Assembly: GCF_022539665.2 (NCBI RefSeq)
Contig: NC_081331.1
Location: forward strand, 8,866,001-8,930,000
Source: Daphnia carinata
Lineage: Eukaryota
DNA: 64,000 nucleotides
Reading direction: 5' to 3'
Position numbers and translations under genes: made by a program. Below are positions 12,869 through 23,887 of the stretch, piece after piece; positions within the stretch are counted from its first letter, which is position 1, and every line of letters starts with the position of its first letter. The notes beneath the pieces were generated by a model. It was not told the DNA's origin and ran no database searches. It worked only from the letters and a program-made list of their open reading frames with translations.

Positions 12869-13417
12869 ACATGATGTTACGTTCTGTTTGTGACTTACGC
12901 ATTTGACTGCTTTCTAACTTGTAACGTAATTTCTTTACTGGCCGACTTTATTTATCCTTATCCACATTGAATTTTAATAGTGATTAGATGCTTCATTTGA
13001 CAATGCACTTCCTTCGAGCCGGAGTTGAACCAGCGACCTATGGATAACTAACTCTTAATCATAACGCTTGTCTCGTTTCTACAGTCCACCGCTCTACCAA
13101 CTGAGCTATCGAAGGATGGGAATATATTTCGACGGGAAACATCAAACAATGACGTTTTTATGAATAGGCATAGTTAAGTAACCGAAAAATGATTGAGATC
13201 GAATAATCTTTCTTTAAATTAAATCATTCGTGGTTATTACCTGACATTTGTCGTCGACATTTAAAACGCTTGAATTTTTTAATCGCAATTACGGCATGAC
13301 TGGTGTCAGTAAGCATTATTGTTTGTACAGAAAATTTTATGCTCTAAATTAGCCACTTTCAAGCACTTGCTCTACTAGCTGACTATTTCTTGCAATACGT
13401 CTGTCCTGGCTTCATGA

Positions 13418-13486
13418 TTCTTCTTCTTCTTCTTCTTCTTCTTCTTCTTCTTCTTCTTCTTCTTCTTCTTCTTCTTCTTCTTCTTC
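13418..13486. repeat. (TTC)23 microsatellite joining the tRNA array to the BEL-derived satellite
   Basis: 69-nt pure run. TT overlaps the tRNA-unit sequence (...CATGATT) and TTC overlaps the BEL sequence (TTCGACGAAC). Confidence 0.95.
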
Positions 13487-16400
13487 GACGAACGCGAAGC
13501 CGATTTCTCTTTTCAATTAGATTGGGAACGTATTCCCTCATCCAACGGTTCCAGAAATGCGTGACGATTTCTTGCGATTGATTCCATCGTTTTTTTGCTT
13601 AGCGGCTCGGAATCTGTGACGGTGTCGTAATGGATGGCCGGATTGGCTCTGCCATATAAGAAGTGGTTTGGGGTGAGCGCTTCCAGATCATTGGGATCGA
13701 CACTTATGTAGGTAAGTGGGCGAGCATTGAGCAAGGCTTCGACCCCTGTCATCACGGTGATTGGACTTCTTCCGTGACGGTTCGCTCATGTAGAATTGCG
13801 CGGAGAGCGGTTTTGGCCGACTTGATGAGATTTTCCCAAGTCCTTCTTCTTCTTCTTCTTCTTCTTCAACCCGCGCCGCAGGTTGGGCATGGTAACGAGC
13901 ACGACATCGTCAATTGCCAAATTTCGACGAACGCGAAGCCGATTTCTCTTTTCAATTAGATTGGGAACGTATTCCCTCATCCAACGGTTCCAGAAATGCG
14001 TGACGATTTCTTGCGATTGATTCCATCGTTTTTTTGCTTAGCGGCTCGGAATCTGTGACGGTGTCGTAATGGATGGCCGGATTGGCTCTGCCATATAAGA
14101 AGTGGTTTGGGGTGAGCGCTTCCAGATCATTGGGATCGACACTTATGTAGGTAAGTGGGCGAGCATTGAGCAAGGCTTCGACCCCTGTCATCACGGTGAT
14201 TAGGACTTCTTCCGTGACGGTTCGCTCATGTAGAATTGCGCGGAGAGCGGTTTTGGCCGACTTGATGAGATTTTCCCAAGTCCTTCTTCTTCTTCTTCTT
14301 CTTCTTCAACCCGCGCCGCAGGTTGGGCATGGTAACGAGCACGACATCGTCAATTGCCAAATTTCGACGAACGCGAAGCCGATTTCTCTTTTCAATTAGA
14401 TTGGGAACGTATTCCCTCATCCAACGGTTCCAGAAATGCGTGACGATTTCTTGCGATTGATTCCATCGTTTTTTTGCTTAGCGGCTCGGAATCTGTGACG
14501 GTGTCGTAATGGATGGCCGGATTGGCTCTGCCATATAAGAAGTGGTTTGGGGTGAGCGCTTCCAGATCATTGGGATCGACACTTATGTAGGTAAGTGGGC
14601 GAGCATTGAGCAAGGCTTCGACCCCTGTCATCACGGTGATTAGGACTTCTTCCGTGACGGTTCGCTCATGTAGAATTGCGCGGAGAGCGGTTTTGGCCGA
14701 CTTGATGAGATTTTCCCAAGTCCTTCTTCTTCTTCTTCTTCTTCTTCAACCCGCGCCGCAGGTTGGGCATGGTAACGAGCACGACATCGTCAATTGCCAA
14801 ATTTCGACGAACGCGAAGCCGATTTCTCTTTTCAATTAGATTGGGAACGTATTCCCTCATCCAACGGTTCCAGAAATGCGTGACGATTTCTTGCGATTGA
14901 TTCCATCGTTTTTTTGCTTAGCGGCTCGGAATCTGTGACGGTGTCGTAATGGATGGCCGGATTGGCTCTGCCATATAAGAAGTGGTTTGGGGTGAGCGCT
15001 TCCAGATCATTGGGATCGACACTTATGTAGGTAAGTGGGCGAGCATTGAGCAAGGCTTCGACCCCTGTCATCACGGTGATTAGGACTTCTTCCGTGACGG
15101 TTCGCTCATGTAGAATTGCGCGGAGAGCGGTTTTGGCCGACTTGATGAGATTTTCCCAAGTCCTTCTTCTTCTTCTTCTTCTTCTTCAACCCGCGCCGCA
15201 GGTTGGGCATGGTAACGAGCACGACATCGTCAATTGCCAAATTTCGACGAACGCGAAGCCGATTTCTCTTTTCAATTAGATTGGGAACGTATTCCCTCAT
15301 CCAACGGTTCCAGAAATGCGTGACGATTTCTTGCGATTGATTCCATCGTTTTTTTGCTTAGCGGCTCGGAATCTGTGACGGTGTCGTAATGGATGGCCGG
15401 ATTGGCTCTGCCATATAAGAAGTGGTTTGGGGTGAGCGCTTCCAGATCATTGGGATCGACACTTATGTAGGTAAGTGGGCGAGCATTGAGCAAGGCTTCG
15501 ACCCCTGTCATCACGGTGATTAGGACTTCTTCCGTGACGGTTCGCTCATGTAGAATTGCGCGGAGAGCGGTTTTGGCCGACTTGATGAGATTTTCCCAAG
15601 TCCTTCTTCTTCTTCTTCTTCTTCTTCAACCCGCGCCGCAGGTTGGGCATGGTAACGAGCACGACATCGTCAATTGCCAAATTTCGACGAACGCGAAGCC
15701 GATTTCTCTTTTCAATTAGATTGGGAACGTATTCCCTCATCCAACGGTTCCAGAAATGCGTGACGATTTCTTGCGATTGATTCCATCGTTTTTTTGCTTA
15801 GCGGCTCGGAATCTGTGACGGTGTCGTAATGGATGGCCGGATTGGCTCTGCCATATAAGAAGTGGTTTGGGGTGAGCGCTTCCAGATCATTGGGATCGAC
15901 ACTTATGTAGGTAAGTGGGCGAGCATTGAGCAAGGCTTCGACCCCTGTCATCACGGTGATTAGGACTTCTTCCGTGACGGTTCGCTCATGTAGAATTGCG
16001 CGGAGAGCGGTTTTGGCCGACTTGATGAGATTTTCCCAACTCCTTCTTCTTCTTCTTCTTCTTCTTCTTCAACCCGCGCCGCAGGTTGGGCATGGTAACG
16101 AGCACGACATCGTCAATTGCCAAATTTCGACGAACGCGAAGCCGATTTCTCTTTTCAATTAGATTGGGAACGTATTCCCTCATCCAACGGTTCCAGAAAT
16201 GCGTGACGATTTCTTGCGATTGATTCCATCGTTTTTTTGCTTAGCGGCTCGGAATCTGTGACGGTGTCGTAATGGATGGCCGGATTGGCTCTGCCATATA
16301 AGAAGTGGTTTGGGGTGAGCGCTTCCAGATCATTGGGATCGACACTTATGTAGGTAAGTGGGCGAGCATTGAGCAAGGCTTCGACCCCTGTCATCACGGT

Positions 16401-19400
16401 GATTAGGACTTCTTCCGTGACGGTTCGCTCATGTAGAATTGCGCGGAGAGCGGTTTTGGCCGACTTGATGAGATTTTCCCAAGTCCTTCTTCTTCTTCTT
16501 CTTCTTCTTCAACCCGCGCCGCAGGTTGGGCATGGTAACGAGCACGACATCGTCAATTGCCAAATTTCGACGAACGCGAAGCCGATTTCTCTTTTCAATT
16601 AGATTGGGAACGTATTCCCTCATCCAACGGTTCCAGAAATGCGTGACGATTTCTTGCGATTGATTCCATCGTTTTTTTGCTTAGCGGCTCGGAATCTGTG
16701 ACGGTGTCGTAATGGATGGCCGGATTGGCTCTGCCATATAAGAAGTGGTTTGGGGTGAGCGCTTCCAGATCATTGGGATCGACACTTATGTAGGTAAGTG
16801 GGCGAGCATTGAGCAAGGCTTCGACCCCTGTCATCACGGTGATTAGGACTTCTTCCGTGACGGTTCGCTCATGTAGAATTGCGCGGAGAGCGGTTTTGGC
16901 CGACTTGATGAGATTTTCCCAAGTCCTTCTTCTTCTTCTTCTTCTTCTTTTACCCGCGCCGCAGGTTGGGCATGGTAACGAGCACGACATCGTCAATTGC
17001 CAAATTTCGACGAACGCGAAGCCGATTTCTCTTTTCAATTAGATTGGGAACGTATTCCCTCATCCAACGGTTCCAGAAATGCGTGACGATTTCTTGCGAT
17101 TGATTCCATCGTTTTTTTTGCTTAGCGGCTCGGAATCTGTGACGGTGTCGTAATGGATGGCCGGATTGGCTCTGCCATATAAGAAGTGGTTTGGGGTGAG
17201 CGCTTCCAGATCATTGGGATCGACACTTATGTAGGTAAGTGGGCGAGCATTGAGCAAGGCTTCGACCCCTGTCATCACGGTGATTAGGACTTCTTCCGTG
17301 ACGGTTCGCTCATGTAGAATTGCGCGGAGAGCGGTTTTGGCCGACTTGATGAGATTTTCCCAAGTCCTTCTTCTTCTTCTTCTTCTTCTTCAACCCGCGC
17401 CGCAGGTTGGGCATGGTAACGAGCACGACATCGTCAATTGCCAAATTTCGACGAACGCGAAGCCGATTTCTCTTTTCAATTAGATTGGGAACGTATTCCC
17501 TCATCCAACGGTTCCAGAAATGCGTGACGATTTCTTGCGATTGATTCCATCGTTTTTTTGCTTAGCGGCTCGGAATCTGTGACGGTGTCGTAATGGATGG
17601 CCGGATTGGCTCTGCCATATAAGAAGTGGTTTGGGGTGAGCGCTTCCAGATCATTGGGATCGACACTTATGTAGGTAAGTGGGCGAGCATTGAGCAAGGC
17701 TTCGACCCCTGTCATCACGGTGATTAGGACTTCTTCCGTGACGGTTCGCTCATGTAGAATTGCGCGGAGAGCGGTTTTGGCCGACTTGATGAGATTTTCC
17801 CAAGTCCTTCTTCTTCTTCTTCTTCTTCTTCAACCCGCGCCGCAGGTTGGGCATGGTAACGAGCACGACATCGTCAATTGCCAAATTTCGACGAACGCGA
17901 AGCCGATTTCTCTTTTCAATTAGATTGGGAACGTATTCCCTCATCCAACGGTTCCAGAAATGCGTGACGATTTCTTGCGATTGATTCCATCGTTTTTTTG
18001 CTTAGCGGCTCGGAATCTGTGACGGTGTCGTAATGGATGGCCGGATTGGCTCTGCCATATAAGAAGTGGTTTGGGGTGAGCGCTTCCAGATCATTGGGAT
18101 CGACACTTATGTAGGTAAGTGGGCGAGCATTGAGCAAGGCTTCGACCCCTGTCATCACGGTGATTAGGACTTCTTCCGTGACGGTTCGCTCATGTAGAAT
18201 TGCGCGGAGAGCGGTTTTGGCCGACTTGATGAGATTTTCCCAAGTCCTTCTTCTTCTTCTTCTTCTTCTTCAACCCGCGCCGCAGGTTGGGCATGGTAAC
18301 GAGCACGACATCGTCAATTGCCAAATTTCGACGAACGCGAAGCCGATTTCTCTTTTCAATTAGATTGGGAACGTATTCCCTCATCCAACGGTTCCAGAAA
18401 TGCGTGACGATTTCTTGCGATTGATTCCATCGTTTTTTTGCTTAGCGGCTCGGAATCTGTGACGGTGTCGTAATGGATGGCCGGATTGGCTCTGCCATAT
18501 AAGAAGTGGTTTGGGGTGAGCGCTTCCAGATCATTGGGATCGACACTTATGTAGGTAAGTGGGCGAGCATTGAGCAAGGCTTCGACCCCTGTCATCACGG
18601 TGATTAGGACTTCTTCCGTGACGGTTCGCTCATGTAGAATTGCGCGGAGAGCGGTTTTGGCCGACTTGATGAGATTTTCCCAAGTCCTTCTTCTTCTTCT
18701 TCTTCTTCTTCAACCCGCGCCGCAGGTTGGGCATGGTAACGAGCACGACATCGTCAATTGCCAAATTTCGACGAACGCGAAGCCGATTTCTCTTTTCAAT
18801 TAGATTGGGAACGTATTCCCTCATCCAACGGTTCCAGAAATGCGTGACGATTTCTTGCGATTGATTCCATCGTTTTTTTGCTTAGCGGCTCGGAATCTGT
18901 GACGGTGTCGTAATGGATGGCCGGATTGGCTCTGCCATATAAGAAGTGGTTTGGGGTGAGCGCTTCCAGATCATTGGGATCGACACTTATGTAGGTAAGT
19001 GGGCGAGCATTGAGCAAGGCTTCGACCCCTGTCATCACGGTGATTAGGACTTCTTCCGTGACGGTTCGCTCATGTAGAATTGCGCGGAGAGCGGTTTTGG
19101 CCGACTTGATGAGATTTTCCCAAGTCCTTCTTCTTCTTCTTCTTCTTCTTCAACCCGCGCCGCAGGTTGGGCATGGTAACGAGCACGACATCGTCAATTG
19201 CCAAATTTCGACGAACGCGAAGCCGATTTCTCTTTTCAATTAGATTGGGAACGTATTCCCTCATCCAACGGTTCCAGAAATGCGTGACGATTTCTTGCGA
19301 TTGATTCCATCGTTTTTTTGCTTAGCGGCTCGGAATCTGTGACGGTGTCGTAATGGATGGCCGGATTGGCTCTGCCATATAAGAAGTGGTTTGGGGTGAG

Positions 19401-21790
19401 CGCTTCCAGATCATTGGGATCGACACTTATGTAGGTAAGTGGGCGAGCATTGAGCAAGGCTTCGACCCCTGTCATCACGGTGATTAGGACTTCTTCCGTG
19501 ACGGTTCGCTCATGTAGAATTGCGCGGAGAGCGGTTTTGGCCGACTTGATGAGATTTTCCCAAGTCCTTCCTTCTTCTTCTTCTTCTTCTTCTTCAACCC
19601 GCGCCGCAGGTTGGGCATGGTAACGAGCACGACATCGTCAATTGCCAAATTTCGACGAACGCGAAGCCGATTTCTCTTTTCAATTAGATTGGGAACGTAT
19701 TCCCTCATCCAACGGTTCCAGAAATGCGTGACGATTTCTTGCGATTGAACGTCATTTCCAGAAATTGACGATTTCTTGCGATTGATTCCATCGTTTTTTT
19801 GCTTAGCGGCTCGGAATCTGTGACGGTGTCGTAATGGATGGCCGGATTGGCTCTGCCATATAAGAAGTGGTTTGGGGTGAGCGCTTCCAGATCATTGGGA
19901 TCGACACTTATGTAGGTAAGTGGGCGAGCATTGAGCAAGGCTTCGACCCCTGTCATCACGGTGATTAGGACTTCTTCCGTGACGGTTCGCTCATGTAGAA
20001 TTGCGCGGAGAGCGGTTTTGGCCGACTTGATGAGATTTTCCCAAGTCCTTCTTCTTCTTCTTCTTCTTCTTCTTCTTCTTCAACCCGCGCCGCAGGTTGG
20101 GCATGGTAACGAGCACGACATCGTCAATTGCCAAATTTCGACGAACGCGAAGCCGATTTCTCTTTTCAATTAGATTGGGAACGTATTCCCTCATCCAACG
20201 GTTCCAGAAATGCGTGACGATTTCTTGCGATTGATTCCATCGTTTTTTTGCTTAGCGGCTCGGAATCTGTGACGGTGTCGTAATGGATGGCCGGATTGGC
20301 TCTGCCATATAAGAAGTGGTTTGGGGTGAGCGCTTCCAGATCATTGGGATCGACACTTATGTAGGTAAGTGGGCGAGCATTGAGCAAGGCTTCGACCCCT
20401 GTCATCACGGTGATTAGGACTTCTTCCGTGACGGTTCGCTCATGTAGAATTGCGCGGAGAGCGGTTTTGGCCGACTTGATGAGATTTTCCCAAGTCCTTC
20501 TTCTTCTTCTTCTTCTTCTTCAACCCGCGCCGCAGGTTGGGCATGGTAACGAGCACGACATCGTCAATTGCCAAATTTCGACGAACGCGAAGCCGATTTC
20601 TCTTTTCAATTAGATTGGGAACGTATTCCCTCATCCAACGGTTCCAGAAATGCGTGACGATTTCTTGCGATTGATTCCATCGTTTTTTTGCTTAGCGGCT
20701 CGGAATCTGTGACGGTGTCGTAATGGATGGCCGGATTGGCTCTGCCATATAAGAAGTGGTTTGGGGTGAGCGCTTCCAGATCATTGGGATCGACACTTAT
20801 GTAGGTAAGTGGGCGAGCATTGAGCAAGGCTTCGACCCCTGTCATCACGGTGATTAGGACTTCTTCCGTGACGGTTCGCTCATGTAGAATTGCGCGGAGA
20901 GCGGTTTTGGCCGACTTGATGAGATTTTCCCAAGTCCTTCTTCTTCTTCTTCTTCTTCTTCAACCCGCGCCGCAGGTTGGGCATGGTAACGAGCACGACA
21001 TCGTCAATTGCCAAATTTCGACGAACGCGAAGCCGATTTCTCTTTTCAATTAGATTGGGAACGTATTCCCTCATCCAACGGTTCCAGAAATGCGTGACGA
21101 TTTCTTGCGATTGATTCCATCGTTTTTTTGCTTAGCGGCTCGGAATCTGTGACGGTGTCGTAATGGATGGCCGGATTGGCTCTGCCATATAAGAAGTGGT
21201 TTGGGGTGAGCGCTTCCAGATCATTGGGATCGACACTTATGTAGGTAAGTGGGCGAGCATTGAGCAAGGCTTCGACCCCTGTCATCACGGTGATTAGGAC
21301 TTCTTCCGTGACGGTTCGCTCATGTAGAATTGCGCGGAGAGCGGTTTTGGCCGACTTGATGAGATTTTCCCAAGTCCTTCTTCTTCTTCTTCTTCTTCTT
21401 CAACCCGCGCCGCAGGTTGGGCATGGTAACGAGCACGACATCGTCAATTGCCAAATTTCGACGAACGCGAAGCCGATTTCTCTTTTCAATTAGATTGGGA
21501 ACGTATTCCCTCATCCAACGGTTCCAGAAATGCGTGACGATTTCTTGCGATTGATTCCATCGTTTTTTTGCTTAGCGGCTCGGAATCTGTGACGGTGTCG
21601 TAATGGATGGCCGGATTGGCTCTGCCATATAAGAAGTGGTTTGGGGTGAGCGCTTCCAGATCATTGGGATCGACACTTATGTAGGTAAGTGGGCGAGCAT
21701 TGAGCAAGGCTTCGACCCCTGTCATCACGGTGATTAGGACTTCTTCCGTGACGGTTCGCTCATGTAGAATTGCGCGGAGAGCTGACTTGG
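13487..21790 (-). repeat. ~440-bp tandem satellite, 19 copies, derived from the BEL/Pao integrase C-terminal region, with (TTC)8-11 linkers
   Basis: The same peptides (LNARPLTYISVDPNDLEALTPNHFLYG; REYVPNLIEKRN...VVLVTMPNLRRG) recur every ~440 bp. The last copy is contiguous with the integrase ORF at 21486-22448. Confidence 0.97.
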
Positions 21791-22448
21791 CGGATTTGAT
21801 GAGACGCTCCCAACTTCCTCCGAAATGTGGGGAGGCAGGGGGACTAAAACGCCACTCAACGTCTTGATTCGCCATTTTATTGAGGAGCACCTCGGGTTCC
21901 CAGCGGGATAATAGGGTTTGAAGTTCTTGCTCGCTGGCAACGAGATTAGTGCCGTTGTCGCTGTAGCACACTTTGGGTAGTCCCCGACGATCGACAAATC
22001 TTGCAAAGGACATCAGGAAAGAATCGACATCTAATGAGGATGCGATTTCAATGTGGACTGCTCTGCAGTCAAGACAGGTGAACAGGACGCCGTATCGCTT
22101 CATGGATCTTCTCAAAAGAATGGTCGTCATGGGTCCGAAGAAATCGACTCCAGTGTAGGTAAATGGAGGAAGATGCGACTTCAGTCGGCTAGCTGGAAGG
22201 GGGGCCATCAAAGGGGGTTCAGGCTTGCCTTTGCTCACTTGGCAGGCAAAACATCGGTTGATGAGTCGATGAGTTGAGTCTCGAGTTTTTAGGACATGAT
22301 ATTGCGATCGAAGAGCATGAATGGTGCGCTCCGTAGAAGCGTGTCCCAGGTTACAGTGCAACTCAAGAATGGTCATCTTGGCAAGTTGGCTGCTGTTGGA
22401 CAAGATAGTAGATATCTTCGGGTAAGGTGGCATGTTGTAGCGTTCCAC
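21486..22448 (-). pseudogene. BEL-1 integrase fragment (HHCC zinc finger plus DDE core)
   Basis: LHCNLGH...CFACQ; FTYTGVDFFGP; SDNGTNL; PHFGGSWERLIKSAK. Confidence 0.92.
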
Positions 22449-23887
22449 CGACTCGGAGCAGGCCTCTCACATCCATGAATGGAGTGAGCTTAACAAGCTT
22501 GGAGGTGACGGGCACTGGCTTCTGGCGACGGAGATGAGAGAGCTCGATGGAAAAATGATGTTCTTGATCAACTCTTTGGATCAGGATGCAAGCATCTCGC
22601 AATTCCTGTGCGGTGAGGTAACGGCTGCCAACTCGAGGAAGGTGATTAGACGTGTTAACGTAGTTTGTTGCGAATCGGGCTAACCAAGCAACAATTCGTT
22701 TGAGACGGGTTAGGTTTGATGTGTTTTGAATGAGATTATAGAGGGGATGCACTTTTGAATTTGGAGAGAGCCAACCCATTTGTTTGAGGATACTTCTTGG
22801 TCATCAGACGGGGGCTCAGATATCGTGAATTGGAAAGGCCATGATGTTTCAAGGAGTGAAAGAAAATCCGGACCTCTGAACCACCGGTGCTGAGTGGTGA
22901 AATGAGACGAAGATACTACACAGGAGCAGTCGTCGGCTGGGTTGAGCTCTCCCGGAACGTGTCTCCACTGATCTGACGAGCTGGTTTCGAGGATCTCGGA
23001 AACACCGTGAGCCACGAAGGCGTGATATTTTCGAGTGGTGGAGTGAATCCATTGCAAGACCGTTTGGGAGTCGCACCAGTACACGATCTTTGAAGCGATG
23101 TTTCCGAGTTCCTTTACGACTGAGGAACACAGACGAGCACCGAGTAGAGCGCCCTGCAGTTCAAGTCGTGAGATGGAAAGCTGTCGCAATGGGGCGACTC
23201 TGCCTTTGGCTAAGACGAGATGTAAGGGGAAAACGTCTGTCCCATAATCTGCTCTGATACAAATACAGGCTCCGATGCTGATTCGGAGGCGTCGGAGAAG
23301 ATATGAAGCTGGAACTGATTTGGTTTATTTTTGCCGCGGAAGCATCTTGGAATCCTGAGGTTGGAGACGGCCTGTAACTCACGGGCCCAGAGGGACCATG
23401 CTGTCAGCAGGACGGATGGTGGATTTGAACCGGAAGCAATCTCCCTCGCAATCCCAGAGTAGTCCTAACGTACGCTCAGTAGGCAGGTGACTCGTGTTCG
23501 GGTCCAGAGATCTTGATCGATCTACTGGGTGGACTGAGTCAAGAACGGAACGGGACGATGACAGCCACTGTACCATGTTGAAGCCTCCGCACTTTAGGAG
23601 AGCCGTTACATCGCGACGCCTTGTGATGGCTTCCTCTTCGGTTTCGGTGCACTCTAAGTAATTGTCTACATAAATATTGTTGACTATCAGATCGGCAACG
23701 GTAGGAAACTTCGGTCCAAAATCTTCTGCGGTTTTCCTAAGAGCAAAAATGCAACTTGATGGAGAAGACACGGCGCCAAAGACGTGTACGCTCATCTGAT
23801 AGGTCTTCGGAGGTCCAATGCTGCCTATGGGTTTCCATAGGAATCGAAGGAACGACGGTTGTTGTGGAGGTACCGGCACTTGGTGGT

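Larger units (their letters stand above)
1..13417. repeat. Tandem tRNA gene array, ~1909-bp unit, 7 complete units plus a ~41-bp stub (probably continues left of the window)
   Basis: Unit start AGCTGACTATTTCTTGCAATACG recurs at 1, 1910, 3819, 5729, 7648, 9560, 11468 and 13377. Spacers are almost identical between units. Confidence 0.98.

Noticed and set aside
13390..21514. Poly-Leu and poly-Lys ORFs in the satellite
   Set aside because: They are translations of the (TTC)n/(GAA)n linker in frameshifted integrase fragments.
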